Shown: positions 10,411 to 21,392, numbered from the stretch's first letter. The stretch: 64,000 nt of DNA from a virus (IMGVR_UViG_2889049205_000001:64001-128000), one strand, 5' to 3'. Notes: generated by a model from the sequence alone, not told the origin. A program made the numbers and translations.

Positions 10411-12486
10411 TTAGTATCCGCCGTAGAATGGATCGCCGTCTTTGTTGAGCAGCGTGATCGTCCATGTTACCCGAATACCGGTGGATACTTCTTTGCGAGT
10501 TTCGCCCACTCTTACGATCGAGAATGCGTCAACTGGATAGTTGCTGTATCCGTCGATTTTATCGTCGGTCCGAGGGCCGTCGGCCAGAATCATCTCACGA
10601 ATTGTGATGTTATGGTTTGGCACGTTTTCAGGGAACTCGGCGATGAAGCTGATGGTCCCCTTATCCAGCTGATACCACGGGTATGCAATGCCGCTCTTCG
10701 GCTTCTCGATAATTTGACGAGTATATCCGGTGGCTACGCCTGGAATCTCGGCCGAAACATAGAGCACTTCGAAGGAAGTAAAGATCGTCGAGCCGTCCGT
10801 GTCCACTGGGCTGAGGTATAGCTTATTGCCGTCAACCAGGAACTTACCAGGGCCGAACTCGGCTTTGGTGGCCGCAAGTGTGAGCACTTTCTTGTCCGCT
10901 GCTTGGCCGTTGACCTTGACGGACGTAGCTGCTTTCACGGGGAGATCCAGCGTTTTTGCTGCTTCGGACCACTCGTAGCTGACTTTCAGCGTTTCGCCGG
11001 CAACTGGTGCGGTTTTCAGCGTAAACGTTCCAGCGTTCAGATCTGGCGTCACATCCGCAGAGGCAATGAGTGTTTCCGTGGAGTCCGCTGCCACTTTCGT
11101 TACGGCAAGCGTGCCTGCCACGAGCGGCTTCTTGGCCAGCTTGAACAGTTTGTTCGTGCCATCGATAGTACCGACAGGGACTTCAGCTGTAATCGGATGC
11201 GTCACTTTGTCGGCTGTCAGCAACGATGCGATCTTCTGGATGTACTGCTCACCAGTCACATTGTAGGTGATCAGTAGGCCGCTCAGCGTGCGGTTGAAGT
11301 ACAATTTGCCTGATTGGGCATCAGCAAAGTATTTTCCTTCAGCCACTTCAGCCTTGGTCTCTACCCGATCCATCGCATCACCGTCATACTCCACGACCAA
11401 GCTCTCCGGAACGACCGGGAAGCTGATCAGCTGCGTGGTGAAAGGCGCCACGTTTGTGGTGCTGTAGACCGTAGGTGTGTCGAAGGTTTTCGTGAAGTTC
11501 TCGAGCTCGTGGATCAAGCCGTTCATCTCTTTCGTCAGTGCGTCGAAATGGATGCCGGCAATGGCAACTTCCGGATTCACGATTGCGGCGTCAGCTGCGG
11601 AGAACTTGATTTCGATCTTGTGCGCCAACGTGTGGTCCAGACCGGAGAGCTCGAAGCTTTTCTCGACAGGAACAACTGCGGCAGCGTCATAGCATTCGAT
11701 TTCATTTTTCAGCACGTTATCCACATAGATTTCAATTCGCCCGCCTTTATCGGACGAAAGATAATCCACCTTGAAATTGCTGATTTTTTCCTCGAATGCA
11801 ATCTTGTCGCCGATCGCCGGGGACACCTTATTCTCGCCGCTTGTAGCCCAGCTGCCTGTATAGGTCAGACGATCATCGGCCAAATCGACTTCGTAGTTCT
11901 TGCCGTCGCCGATACCGATGAACATGTTCGTGCTGGAGCTGTAGATTTCCGAGGTGATTGGAATCGCACCCGACACCGGCGTCTTCACAATGCGGAAGGC
12001 CTTCTTGCCGACCTGTGTGGAAGTTTCTTCTTTCAGGAACAGTGTCTTCGGACGGTAAGCATAGGAGCTCTTGAAGTCCTTGTCTTCAACCGCTTTCCAG
12101 AAGATGTTCGGGGCGTATTTCAGCTGATCTACCCCGTCTACCACTTCGGAGATTGCATCGATTCCGATATGATAGATTTTGGATTCGTCGTTAGGAATCC
12201 GTACTTTATAGAGCGTCCGCTCTGGGTCGCCAGAGAACGCACGAAGCAGAATTTCTTCGGCGCCGTTTACGACCAAGTTGGCTTGATCTGCAAGAAGGCC
12301 AAGAACGTTGCCGCTTCCATCGATCTTCTCGATTCGAATGTGCCCTTTCGGAGCAAACTCGAACACGTCATGCAAACCGCCGGATTTCGGCTTTTCCATG
12401 CGGGCTTTCAAGTCGGCCGCAAACTTTTGCTTTTTCGGGCCATCTGGCAGGAGCGCCAGAAGCTTCTCGATTGTTTGCAATTTCAT
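10411..12486 (-). CDS. Tail collar/fibre-attachment-like protein, paralog of 8662..10389
   Basis: KGHIRIE..NLVVNG, IGIGDG, IREMIL and RK..GIRVTWTI framework; contains a beta-rich insert. Confidence 0.55.
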   Translation of the reverse strand: MKLQTIEKLLALLPDGPKKQKFAADLKARMEKPKSGGLHDVFEFAPKGHIRIEKIDGSGNVLGLLADQANLVVNGAEEILLRAFSGDPERTLYKVRIPNDESKIYHIGIDAISEVVDGVDQLKYAPNIFWKAVEDKDFKSSYAYRPKTLFLKEETSTQVGKKAFRIVKTPVSGAIPITSEIYSSSTNMFIGIGDGKNYEVDLADDRLTYTGSWATSGENKVSPAIGDKIAFEEKISNFKVDYLSSDKGGRIEIYVDNVLKNEIECYDAAAVVPVEKSFELSGLDHTLAHKIEIKFSAADAAIVNPEVAIAGIHFDALTKEMNGLIHELENFTKTFDTPTVYSTTNVAPFTTQLISFPVVPESLVVEYDGDAMDRVETKAEVAEGKYFADAQSGKLYFNRTLSGLLITYNVTGEQYIQKIASLLTADKVTHPITAEVPVGTIDGTNKLFKLAKKPLVAGTLAVTKVAADSTETLIASADVTPDLNAGTFTLKTAPVAGETLKVSYEWSEAAKTLDLPVKAATSVKVNGQAADKKVLTLAATKAEFGPGKFLVDGNKLYLSPVDTDGSTIFTSFEVLYVSAEIPGVATGYTRQIIEKPKSGIAYPWYQLDKGTISFIAEFPENVPNHNITIREMILADGPRTDDKIDGYSNYPVDAFSIVRVGETRKEVSTGIRVTWTITLLNKDGDPFYGGY

Positions 12487-12498
12487 TTTTGCTCACTC

Positions 12499-14571
12499 CT
12501 AACCCTTCAAAGTATTGGTCCCCAAAATGAAGTGGCCAATTGGCCATCCTGCTGAGATATCACCCAGGGCGTACAGAACCTTCTCACGGCCGTCCAATTT
12601 GAACTGGTCCTTCAGGCTCGTCGTCACGGATATATCACGGCTGGTCTTGAGGTGTAGATTGTATTTCGCCCATAAATGAGGCTTATACTGTGGGGAAACA
12701 AGATCATTGGCTGATACATGGAACAGTTCGGAGCGGGAAGCTCCCAGATCCGGGCTGATGCCCAATCTTTCGCTGGCCAATATGCGATAATACTCCTTCA
12801 CCAATCCCCGAAGGTCATCGGATGTCGCAGCTACATCAGCGTAATGCACGACAAAGTTTTCATGCTCTGTTTCTTGTGGGGTAGAACGATTGGTAAGCTG
12901 TTCCGCCAGCAATACGTCCATATAGTCAGAAAGCCTTTCGGCTGCAGACGGCGCAAGTTTCGTAGAGTCGCTCGCAATAAGGTCCGTGTCTTCTTGAACA
13001 GAGCTTGACGTCTTGAATCGGCGGGCAGTCTGCTCTTTACTACCGATCGAGAGCTGTTCGCTTGGTGTAAACGGCATTTCCTTGTATCGGAGCGTGAACC
13101 GCTCACCCATTTCCGCAAGGGCATCTACATATTCGTAGAAATGATAGTTCACGAGTGCATGCCGCTTTGAGGTCATATGATTCAAGAATTTATCCATCAG
13201 TCCGATTTCATAGTCGTACCGGAAATCCTTGTCTCCAAGAATCAGATTCCAAGCCAGATCGTACAGGAACATCCGCTTATTAACGTCGTCCCCTTCGACC
13301 ACATCATACTCGATGATTCCATCGGAACCACTGATATAGTCGGCGTCATCGATCAGATTGATCATAACCTCTGCTATTCGCTGATCCATGAGCATATATG
13401 GCATGTACGCCTCCTGGAACATCATCCTCATAAAGAAGAACAGTTCTTCAGAAGGTGTAACGCCCAACGCTTCTTGTAGATGGCTGGCGAACACAGACAG
13501 CGTTTCTTTGGTCTCTTGTACGATACGATAATTTACATCTTCTCTGAAGATAGGCTCTGTCAATAATTTTACCGTACTGTTTGCATGGAAAACAAAGTTA
13601 TCGTGAGGCATTAGCGTGTACGCTGCCCGCAAAACTTCGGCTTTAACATCCAAAGCGTAGCGACCTTCTAAATAAATCGCCTTATTTTCGTCATTTTCTA
13701 AGAGCACTTCGATATTCGAAGCTTTCACAATGTTTTCCAGGTACTCTTCGAGGAAAATCTCCACAACCATGGAGACGATGTCGCTCGGCTTTTGCTGGAA
13801 TCGGTCGTAAGCCCGGTACATCTTCATGATGTCAGCAAATTCCCGCTTATCCGCCAAGAAATCCTCTTTGAAACTGGAGTAGAGGCTCTTGCCGATAAAA
13901 TCAAAGGAGCTCTTTAACTGTGCGACCAGCGATTCGTTTACCACATTTGACCGATCAGATTCGCTATCGAACGTCTCGGAGATCAGGTGCTCCAGCAGCT
14001 CGTCTGGCTCCAGGCTCGGGATAAACCGAACAAATTCGGAGTGACTTACCGCCTGATAAGCATCGCTGGTCATAAGCTGCAGGAACGCTTCGATCTTTTC
14101 ATCATCGATCATTTCGATAATGTTCAACAGATCATAGAGCATTTCATAGACCACAATGTGGTTAGCTTCATCTCGAGCCTCGGAATAAACCCAATCACTC
14201 TTCCACCCCTCAAGGGATATGCCCCGGATCCGGTATTGATTGAAGGCTTGAACCCCCACATAATCCTCATGTCTTGTTGAAAGCCAGTAGGATTCTGATA
14301 TCCCGGTATCAGGTTCACTCAGAACAGCTTTGATTCTATACCGCTGACCCTCGATGTCCGTTGCATCGATGCCGGTGCTGATTGATTTCTGGTGAATGGT
14401 GGACACCGTGTTCAGACCATTATTGATTGCCCGAATACGGTATGTCCCCGGTTCACCTGGAAACGAAACATGCTTGAAGATCCGATTATTGTGCTGCTCT
14501 TTGAAATCGACAGGGAAAGGCACGGCTTTAGCCATTGCATATGCCAGCTCTGAAGTCCTTGACTCAAGCAT
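12499..14571 (-). CDS. Hypothetical structural-operon protein (690 aa)
   Basis: Long ORF colinear with the late operon; no recognisable motif. Confidence 0.55.
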   Translation of the reverse strand: MLESRTSELAYAMAKAVPFPVDFKEQHNNRIFKHVSFPGEPGTYRIRAINNGLNTVSTIHQKSISTGIDATDIEGQRYRIKAVLSEPDTGISESYWLSTRHEDYVGVQAFNQYRIRGISLEGWKSDWVYSEARDEANHIVVYEMLYDLLNIIEMIDDEKIEAFLQLMTSDAYQAVSHSEFVRFIPSLEPDELLEHLISETFDSESDRSNVVNESLVAQLKSSFDFIGKSLYSSFKEDFLADKREFADIMKMYRAYDRFQQKPSDIVSMVVEIFLEEYLENIVKASNIEVLLENDENKAIYLEGRYALDVKAEVLRAAYTLMPHDNFVFHANSTVKLLTEPIFREDVNYRIVQETKETLSVFASHLQEALGVTPSEELFFFMRMMFQEAYMPYMLMDQRIAEVMINLIDDADYISGSDGIIEYDVVEGDDVNKRMFLYDLAWNLILGDKDFRYDYEIGLMDKFLNHMTSKRHALVNYHFYEYVDALAEMGERFTLRYKEMPFTPSEQLSIGSKEQTARRFKTSSSVQEDTDLIASDSTKLAPSAAERLSDYMDVLLAEQLTNRSTPQETEHENFVVHYADVAATSDDLRGLVKEYYRILASERLGISPDLGASRSELFHVSANDLVSPQYKPHLWAKYNLHLKTSRDISVTTSLKDQFKLDGREKVLYALGDISAGWPIGHFILGTNTLKG

Positions 14572-14594
14572 ATCAATCCCTGCCTTTCCTCGGA

Positions 14595-15167
14595 TTATTT
14601 CTCAGCAGCTGCTTTGCCCTTGCCTGCAGCTTTGCCGGTGTCCTTGGTAGCTTCAGAAGCCTTGTCAGCCTCTTGAGCTTTGGCAGCATCTTCTGCAGCC
14701 TGTGCGGCTTCAGCAGCCTTGGCGGCGGCCTCAGCGTCTTCAGCTGCAGCCTTATCGGCGTCATCGGTATTCACAGCAGCGGCTACAGAAAACAGGTCGG
14801 CCTGCCCTTCTGCTTGTGCCGTTACGACGTTGGCCGAATTAGCGTTTACCGCATCGGCACGGTCCAAGGCAAACACAGGTGTGTGCTTATCCCAAGTGCC
14901 GTCCAATTTCTTGCGGTCCTTCTCTTTTCCGCTGAACATGCCATCGAACTTGGCTTTCCAAGCGTCGATGAACGTCTGCGGGATATCCCCCTCAAACAAC
15001 ACCAAAGCTGGAGGCTGGCAACAGACGGCATGCGTGATCTTTGTCAGATCCGTATTACCGTCAACGTTGATTGTTTGCACAGGCTTCTCCAGCGTCAGAT
15101 AAGTGTTGGTGAGGGGATCGTAAAAACTCTGTTTTCGTGGCGCAAGGCCAACCTTGATCTCAGGCAT
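14595..15167 (-). CDS. Capsid-downstream protein with Ala/Lys/Glu-rich tail
   Basis: RBS GGAGGG; low-complexity C-terminus. Confidence 0.6.
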   Translation of the reverse strand: MPEIKVGLAPRKQSFYDPLTNTYLTLEKPVQTINVDGNTDLTKITHAVCCQPPALVLFEGDIPQTFIDAWKAKFDGMFSGKEKDRKKLDGTWDKHTPVFALDRADAVNANSANVVTAQAEGQADLFSVAAAVNTDDADKAAAEDAEAAAKAAEAAQAAEDAAKAQEADKASEATKDTGKAAGKGKAAAEK

Positions 15168-15229
15168 CTACGATCCCTCCCGTTATTTTTTGTTGGTTTG
15201 AAGTGCGATCTGTACCGGTACCGTCTCGA

Positions 15230-16315
15230 TTAAGAGACGATACGGATACGATCTGGAGCTGGCCATGTTTTCTCGAACGCCAGGTTGCGGGCAACCGCCA
15301 CGGCCTTACCTTCGTTGAGAACGCCTACGCCGTAGCGCTCTTTGACCTTGATCGTTTGAATATCACGCATCGGATCGTCGAACTGTTCCGTAGAAAGCGG
15401 GTCCTTGACCAGCAGAATGCCGATATTGGACTTGTCCACCACGTACATGTCGAATTTCTTCGTCTCGTAGTTGAACGGTGCGAACGGCGTGAAGTTCAGA
15501 TTGATCGAGAACGGAATCCGACCGGATACTTGTTCTGGATTAATCTGCAGGTTCGTGATTTGGCTGCCGCCAAGTGCAGCGTAGGACAGCGACTGCATGA
15601 TGTCGTTCTTGAAGAACACGCTCCAAGTCAGAGGATGCATCAGGATGTCCGACGGCGTGAAGCCGTTACCCATTACCGCAATGAACATGTCGATCAGATC
15701 TTCAGTGCTCATCGTGTTGTTCAGGTTGCCCGCTTCATCGTATCCGTTTGTACCTGCTTCGTGGTACTTCTGACGAATGTCATTATCGAATACAACGTGG
15801 CCGTGCTTGGAGAACTGATTGAAGATTTTCTCTTCCTTCAGTCGGGCCATCGCTTCGCCGGCTTTGCGAACCAAGATGCCGATTACGTCCCACTGGGAAT
15901 CGTTGATCATTTCGTCGGTTACACGAACGACCATACCGGACTTGCCGACCTTCACCTCTTGAGTACGGTGGAGTTGGAAGTCCACAGTTTCTTCAAGGTA
16001 GGATTGGCTTTCGCCGATATCGTGGGCCCGCATTGCGCCGATCGAAGGGAACTCAATGGAGCGACCTTCCGTCAGGCGAACCGTCTGCAGCAATTGGGAG
16101 CCGAGGTAAAGCGGCTCTGCTGCTTCCCGCATCATGCCGGTCACGACACGAGGGATGAGGATGCTTGCATCCTGCGTGGTCAGGGCCTCTTTGACAGAAA
16201 CCAAATCGCTTTTCGGGATTTGCGTCCAGTCTTCGTTCAGGTCCAGCTGACGCTGCATACGTTTAAGGACGCTCTGGGACGCCTCGGAAAGTTGCATTTC
16301 GTTTACGTTAAACAT
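15230..16315 (-). CDS. Major capsid protein (HK97-like)
   Basis: 361 aa following the scaffold and decoration genes; ILIP.VV, V.VTDEMI.DS, ILMHP..W and KERYGVG motifs. Confidence 0.85.
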   Translation of the reverse strand: MFNVNEMQLSEASQSVLKRMQRQLDLNEDWTQIPKSDLVSVKEALTTQDASILIPRVVTGMMREAAEPLYLGSQLLQTVRLTEGRSIEFPSIGAMRAHDIGESQSYLEETVDFQLHRTQEVKVGKSGMVVRVTDEMINDSQWDVIGILVRKAGEAMARLKEEKIFNQFSKHGHVVFDNDIRQKYHEAGTNGYDEAGNLNNTMSTEDLIDMFIAVMGNGFTPSDILMHPLTWSVFFKNDIMQSLSYAALGGSQITNLQINPEQVSGRIPFSINLNFTPFAPFNYETKKFDMYVVDKSNIGILLVKDPLSTEQFDDPMRDIQTIKVKERYGVGVLNEGKAVAVARNLAFEKTWPAPDRIRIVS

Positions 16316-16344
16316 TGTCTGTGCCCTCCTTTTATGAGCTGCGA

Positions 16345-17613
16345 TTATTTATGAAGCAAGATGCGAACTGCGCCGATGGAACCTTTGAAGTCCCAGCCAG
16401 TAGGGATACCAGGAATTTGACCAGTTGCTTTGTACGTTGCCGTCACTGCAATTGGCGCCGAACCCGCTGTGTTATCGACATTCACAACCACCAAGCCGAG
16501 CTCGTAGTTGATGTACACGATGTGACTTGGCTTCGCCGTGTCTGTATCAAGCGTCGTATTGCCGGCTTTGATAACGGCCGATCCTTCGATGGCTGGCAGA
16601 TGCAGCAAGCGGAAGTCGTGTCGGCCGGATTGGCCAGCGTTAACCATGCCGATTACTTCGTTCGTATACGACACTTCGATGTTGGCGCCGTTCGTTAGGC
16701 CAGGGATGCCCTTCGGCTGGTATTTGCCAGTGGCAATGTCCATGTTGTTGTACGTGCGCTCATACGGGTATCCAGGGAAGCCGTCTTGAGTGCCGATGTC
16801 TTCCGGACGGAAGCCGCTGTTGTTGATCCACTTGTCGTCGGAACGCATGTCCTCTTGCGACCATTGGACCCATTTCAGCCATCCAGTCGGAGCGGATCCG
16901 TCTTTAATTGGCGTTTCAACAGCCCAGATTTGGCCGAAGGATTGCTCGCCAAGACGGCTCATTTCCGTCAGTGCGACTTTCAATTCGGCAAGATCGGCGG
17001 CATCTGCAATGTCTTCACGAAGCTTGTCGAAATCGGCTTTGATGACACGGCCAACGGTGTCGGACATGACGTAATCGCCAGGTTGTGCCGGACGAGTTGG
17101 ATCTGCGTCATAGAAGGAGCCCCACTCGACTTCTTCCGCATCCGCTTTGAGCGGGATATACGGCAGTTCGATGTAGATTTCGTTTTCGACCGTAGGCTGC
17201 ATGCCGTTGAAGCCGTCAACGAATTGCTCGTACAAATTGCCATAAGCTACGCCGATCGGGCGGTTTGCTTGGCGAGTGTGTTGCGCTCCGGTTTTACCGG
17301 TTTCCGTCACGTCTACGCCGCCGTTTGCCAGCGTGATGACCGGAACCCATGCGTTCGTGTCGAAGTCTTTGACTTGACCCGGTTTGTTCGGATTGTCGAA
17401 TACGTCCGTCGCCGGTGCGATGACACGGCCTTTCGGAATTACGACGTAACCGTCGCCGCCGAAGTGGTAGCGAAACAGGCGCTTGAGGCGAGGGTCGATC
17501 AGGAATTTTTCACCTGGGCTGTCGTGCGTACCCGCCTGCAGCTTCGTATTGGAGCGGAAGTATTGGTCTTTCTGGTCCCGGATTGGGTTGCCATTACCAT
17601 GAAACAATGCCAT
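16345..17613 (-). CDS. Capsid decoration/minor head protein
   Basis: Lies between scaffold and major capsid; VVIPKGRVI and PIGVA motifs. Confidence 0.55.
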   Translation of the reverse strand: MALFHGNGNPIRDQKDQYFRSNTKLQAGTHDSPGEKFLIDPRLKRLFRYHFGGDGYVVIPKGRVIAPATDVFDNPNKPGQVKDFDTNAWVPVITLANGGVDVTETGKTGAQHTRQANRPIGVAYGNLYEQFVDGFNGMQPTVENEIYIELPYIPLKADAEEVEWGSFYDADPTRPAQPGDYVMSDTVGRVIKADFDKLREDIADAADLAELKVALTEMSRLGEQSFGQIWAVETPIKDGSAPTGWLKWVQWSQEDMRSDDKWINNSGFRPEDIGTQDGFPGYPYERTYNNMDIATGKYQPKGIPGLTNGANIEVSYTNEVIGMVNAGQSGRHDFRLLHLPAIEGSAVIKAGNTTLDTDTAKPSHIVYINYELGLVVVNVDNTAGSAPIAVTATYKATGQIPGIPTGWDFKGSIGAVRILLHK

Positions 17614-17642
17614 TTGAATTCACTCCTTTTTTTAGTGACGGA

Positions 17643-19097
17643 TTACCGTCCTTTTCGTTTGTTTGCGCCGCCGAACATGCTCGAAATCATGTTGACTCCG
17701 TCTGCAAGAGTCATTGGCTTTTTGTCGCCTTCCTCGGTGGAACCACCAGGTGCTCCAGCACCAGGATTGGTTACGCTGCCCGGCTCCGGACGAGCTTGCT
17801 TGGCTTCAGCGACAAGGTCGTTGTAGGTGTTTTCCAAGGATTCTTTGGAGCGGGAAACGTGAGAATTTACTGCTTCTTCACGATCGACGCCTACCACATC
17901 CGGCTTGTTCAAGGACCGCTTCATATCCACGACCTTCTCAGCAAGCATGCGGTGAATCTTGGATTGGAGGTTTGCATTCTCTTGAAGTGCGGCTTGGTAC
18001 TCGCCTTCTTTGGTTTGCAATTCTCCCGTCAGCCTTTGGTTTTCCGTGGTCAAGTTCGTGTTTTGGCCTTCAAGTGTCGTAACACGCAACTTCAAGTCCG
18101 TAACACTTTCTTGAACTGGAGCTGCAGGCGGCGTCGCAGGTGGATCTGCTGGTGTCGCTGCAGGCGGATCTTGCCCTTCTGTCGTAGACACAGGTGGTGT
18201 AGCCGGCGGATCCGCAGGAGGTGTTGCAGCTGGCTGCTGTTGTCCCTCTTCCGGAGTAGCACCAGGTACTTGATTGTTTTCAGGCTCAGGTTCGTCCTTC
18301 ATCGGTCTTTTGCTCCCTTCTTCGAAAGTCAAGAGTTTGTCGAGTGCCGACCGTAGGTCTTGACCTGCGTTTTCGTACAGATTCACATGCGGATTGGCAG
18401 CAGTCTGGTACAATCCTTCTGCGATCTGGATGATGTCCATGCCAATGGACTCTTTCGTGCCGCCTTCTTCGCCTTCAACCACCGTCACCGATGTATTTCC
18501 AGCGTGCTCGTCCGCAGGCACGTTCACATAACTGACTTCCCGGCCGAATGTATTCCCGATGATAAAGTGGGCGGTTTGGCCCTCATAGGATTCTCCCGGA
18601 TAGTGATCACACCATTCTTCAATGCGGTTCGTTCCACAAATATTGCACGTTACCTTATCCGTGCTCGCCCCAATTGATACGGTCTGGTAACGCCCATCAA
18701 GCACTTTCTCGATAGCGTCCGGATCTGTGACTTCAACAGTGAACATCAAGCCGGCTTTACCGGATTGCGTTACATCGCTGAACTCCGCTTTGAGGATCCG
18801 TCCGATCGGTTCGCCGCTATACTGATTGTGGTGAGTGAGTACAGGTTTTGGTCGAGGAGTTGTCCAGCTCTCTAAGCCTCCCTGCAAACCCTCTTTCGTA
18901 TAGAAAGTGTAGTTGGCGGTTCGCCCTACATGAATGGCCTCCATCTGAACAATCAGCTTTCGCCGTTTGCCGGTGGCGGATTCATTCAGAACTTTGACGG
19001 ACTCTTGATTGATCTTGGCGGTTACGCCGTGTCGCTCGTCGATTCCGTCTTTCGGAAATAGCCGTTTACCTTGGTGTTCTTGCAACGTGTACCTCAT
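17643..19097 (-). CDS. Prohead protease fused to scaffold
   Basis: PVLTHH, PIGRI, DGRYQTVSIG and EVSYVNVPAD protease motifs, then Pro-rich linker and coiled coil. Confidence 0.85.
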   Translation of the reverse strand: MRYTLQEHQGKRLFPKDGIDERHGVTAKINQESVKVLNESATGKRRKLIVQMEAIHVGRTANYTFYTKEGLQGGLESWTTPRPKPVLTHHNQYSGEPIGRILKAEFSDVTQSGKAGLMFTVEVTDPDAIEKVLDGRYQTVSIGASTDKVTCNICGTNRIEEWCDHYPGESYEGQTAHFIIGNTFGREVSYVNVPADEHAGNTSVTVVEGEEGGTKESIGMDIIQIAEGLYQTAANPHVNLYENAGQDLRSALDKLLTFEEGSKRPMKDEPEPENNQVPGATPEEGQQQPAATPPADPPATPPVSTTEGQDPPAATPADPPATPPAAPVQESVTDLKLRVTTLEGQNTNLTTENQRLTGELQTKEGEYQAALQENANLQSKIHRMLAEKVVDMKRSLNKPDVVGVDREEAVNSHVSRSKESLENTYNDLVAEAKQARPEPGSVTNPGAGAPGGSTEEGDKKPMTLADGVNMISSMFGGANKRKGR

Positions 19098-19103
19098 TTC
19101 GAT

Positions 19104-21392
19104 TCACCTCCCTCCAAGTGTCAGCGGGCAATCGCAATTCGGATGCCACGGCGGTATTTGATCAAATATAGTCATCTCATCCAAGGATGAGAGGCGACTC
19201 AAATCGATAGGGGCCTGCGATTTCTCCAGACACGTAGGGCACGAGCCTTCTGTATACTCGGCGTATACTTCGGATTCGCCGTACCGAACCATCGCAAGCA
19301 CGTAACCGTAGTTGAATGTCTTAGCAATCAGCGTCCGGCATAGTAATGCGTTGCGATACCGCAAGGACTGGAATACGCCTTTGACTCGAAGCATTGCTTC
19401 AACTGGATCATCCAGGTTCTCGAGCTTCTCCGAAAGCATGCTATGTAGCAGCTTCTCTGTCGTATCGAACGATTTTTTAGAAGATTCGGATACGACTCGC
19501 ATCGCCAGTGAGGAATCGATCGAAGCCAGCCGGTTGCGTTTGGCGTCCTTCATGGCCTCTTTGATGCCTTCGCCGAGGGCGCCATTGGCTGCCTTCTGCA
19601 CCTGCTGAACCATCTTGTCCTTCCCAAAGTGGATGGACGACAGCAAGGTATTGGATTCCGTCATCGGGAACGCCTTTCGATCTTGCGCCCGCTTCATTTC
19701 GCTAACGACATCACTTTCAATATCCGAGTAGATCGCTTCGATGCCGGCTTGCAGCTCCTCGACTCGTTCACTTGGGTATCGTGTAAATACCGACTCCTGA
19801 AGATCGACTTCCCATTTAGCATCAGGCGCCTTTCGCTCATTGATCGGACCAACATACCGGAAAAACCCAATCGCAGGGTATTTCTCTTGGTAATACTGTT
19901 CCGAATACGACCACTCGGTGGATTTCTTCGGACCGGACCGGGTGCCGTGCTGATTGCTTGGCTGCTGCTTGTTGTCGGTCGAAGCCGATCCAGCAGCGGC
20001 GGCGGCGGCGGCTTGATCCAGACTTGCCTGGTGCTCGGCTTGCTGCATGCCTATCATCTGGAAATATAGGCGAGACTCGTCGGCCACAGGATCAGATCCC
20101 ATGTTTTTGCGAGTTTCTTCCCATGTCTGCAGATTGTGTTCAAACTTAAAGATTTCATGAGTGTCCATCTTGATCCGCATCTCTTGTTCGATCTCGTTAA
20201 AGACGAAATCGACGTTGAAATCCGGATTGGCCATTGGATCGAATCCGCCTTCCAGAAGAAGCTCCTCAATCATGAACTTGTCGATTTGAACCTGGATCTG
20301 CTGCTGCCAGCCTTTGACACGGTCCACCTTCATACCGCTCATGGAGTCGGCGGTGTTTCGGTTGGCGGTGTCGCCACGACCCATATCGACTGCGCTCATC
20401 CCCATGCCCGTAAAGACTCGGTTCTCAAAGTAGTCCATCAGTGGCCGGACGTCCATCGTATTGATGTTGACGGCCTCGATTTTATGTCGCTCCGGCAGCA
20501 CAATGGCGCCATCGGTTGGCATATCGCTGATAACGGTTTGAAGCTCCGTGATCTCTTCCGGAGAGGACTCCCAGCCCGGTTTATCCAGCCCCACCGTATA
20601 GGCTAGGAGCGGGAATATGTGCCTGTACAAGAGGAGCGCCGCATTCTCTTCAACCTTCCGCAGCAAGCGGATATCGTCGATCATAGGGGCGGCCCAAGGT
20701 GATCCAAACGCTTGGCCGGCTGGACGATTCACAGCAATGTGAATCATGTCTTCCGGCTTGAAAACGAGCGCATCACCCTGTCCTTGCACCTCCTGTTTAT
20801 AGGAGAGCACGGTTCCGTTCGCATCACGAGCGACCGTAATCGTTTGCGGCGGCAAACGGAAATACCCAGCAATAGGATCTTTAGCCGGTAGAACTGCAAG
20901 TGCAGTTACGCCCGGCGGAAGTCCGACACCCTTTTTCGCTCTTGCCTTTACAATGAAGCTGTTCGCATAGCGAACGATGTCATCGCCGATTCCCTGGAAC
21001 AGTTCTTCCGTAGGAATCAAAGTAGCGATGGCGATCATTTCAAGGCGTAAACGGAGGTAATCCAGCGCTTGTTCGTTCTTTCCCTTGAAGTGATACCCTG
21101 ATTTAAAAATCAGTTCTCGGTATCGCATGACGGCCTGAGTAAGATAAGAATCTCGCTCGATGGCTGTTGCAATCAAGGTAAGATCGGCTGCTGGTCCCTC
21201 AAAGTTGTCTCGGCCACTACCACCTGATCCGTTGCTGAGTTGATAACCAATGCGCTTAACCTGGACTTGCTTAGGGTCTCGATTAATCGTGACCCCGCTG
21301 CCACCCGATCCAGCGCCGCCCGGTGGTGTCGGTGCGTTCTGCAAGCCTATTCTCCGCATCATTTGTTTGAACAGTTTTGCCAAGAACAACAC
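19104..21392 (-). CDS. Portal protein fused to a MuF-like head morphogenesis domain
   Basis: F.PEDMIHI..G.AFGSP portal motif; C-terminal CPTC...PPWHPNCDC MuF signature. Confidence 0.8.
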   Translation of the reverse strand: MLFLAKLFKQMMRRIGLQNAPTPPGGAGSGGSGVTINRDPKQVQVKRIGYQLSNGSGGSGRDNFEGPAADLTLIATAIERDSYLTQAVMRYRELIFKSGYHFKGKNEQALDYLRLRLEMIAIATLIPTEELFQGIGDDIVRYANSFIVKARAKKGVGLPPGVTALAVLPAKDPIAGYFRLPPQTITVARDANGTVLSYKQEVQGQGDALVFKPEDMIHIAVNRPAGQAFGSPWAAPMIDDIRLLRKVEENAALLLYRHIFPLLAYTVGLDKPGWESSPEEITELQTVISDMPTDGAIVLPERHKIEAVNINTMDVRPLMDYFENRVFTGMGMSAVDMGRGDTANRNTADSMSGMKVDRVKGWQQQIQVQIDKFMIEELLLEGGFDPMANPDFNVDFVFNEIEQEMRIKMDTHEIFKFEHNLQTWEETRKNMGSDPVADESRLYFQMIGMQQAEHQASLDQAAAAAAAGSASTDNKQQPSNQHGTRSGPKKSTEWSYSEQYYQEKYPAIGFFRYVGPINERKAPDAKWEVDLQESVFTRYPSERVEELQAGIEAIYSDIESDVVSEMKRAQDRKAFPMTESNTLLSSIHFGKDKMVQQVQKAANGALGEGIKEAMKDAKRNRLASIDSSLAMRVVSESSKKSFDTTEKLLHSMLSEKLENLDDPVEAMLRVKGVFQSLRYRNALLCRTLIAKTFNYGYVLAMVRYGESEVYAEYTEGSCPTCLEKSQAPIDLSRLSSLDEMTIFDQIPPWHPNCDCPLTLGGR

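Noticed and set aside
1-21392. Extracellular contractile injection system or tailocin
   Set aside because: Capsid, protease, portal and terminase are all present, so this is a phage.
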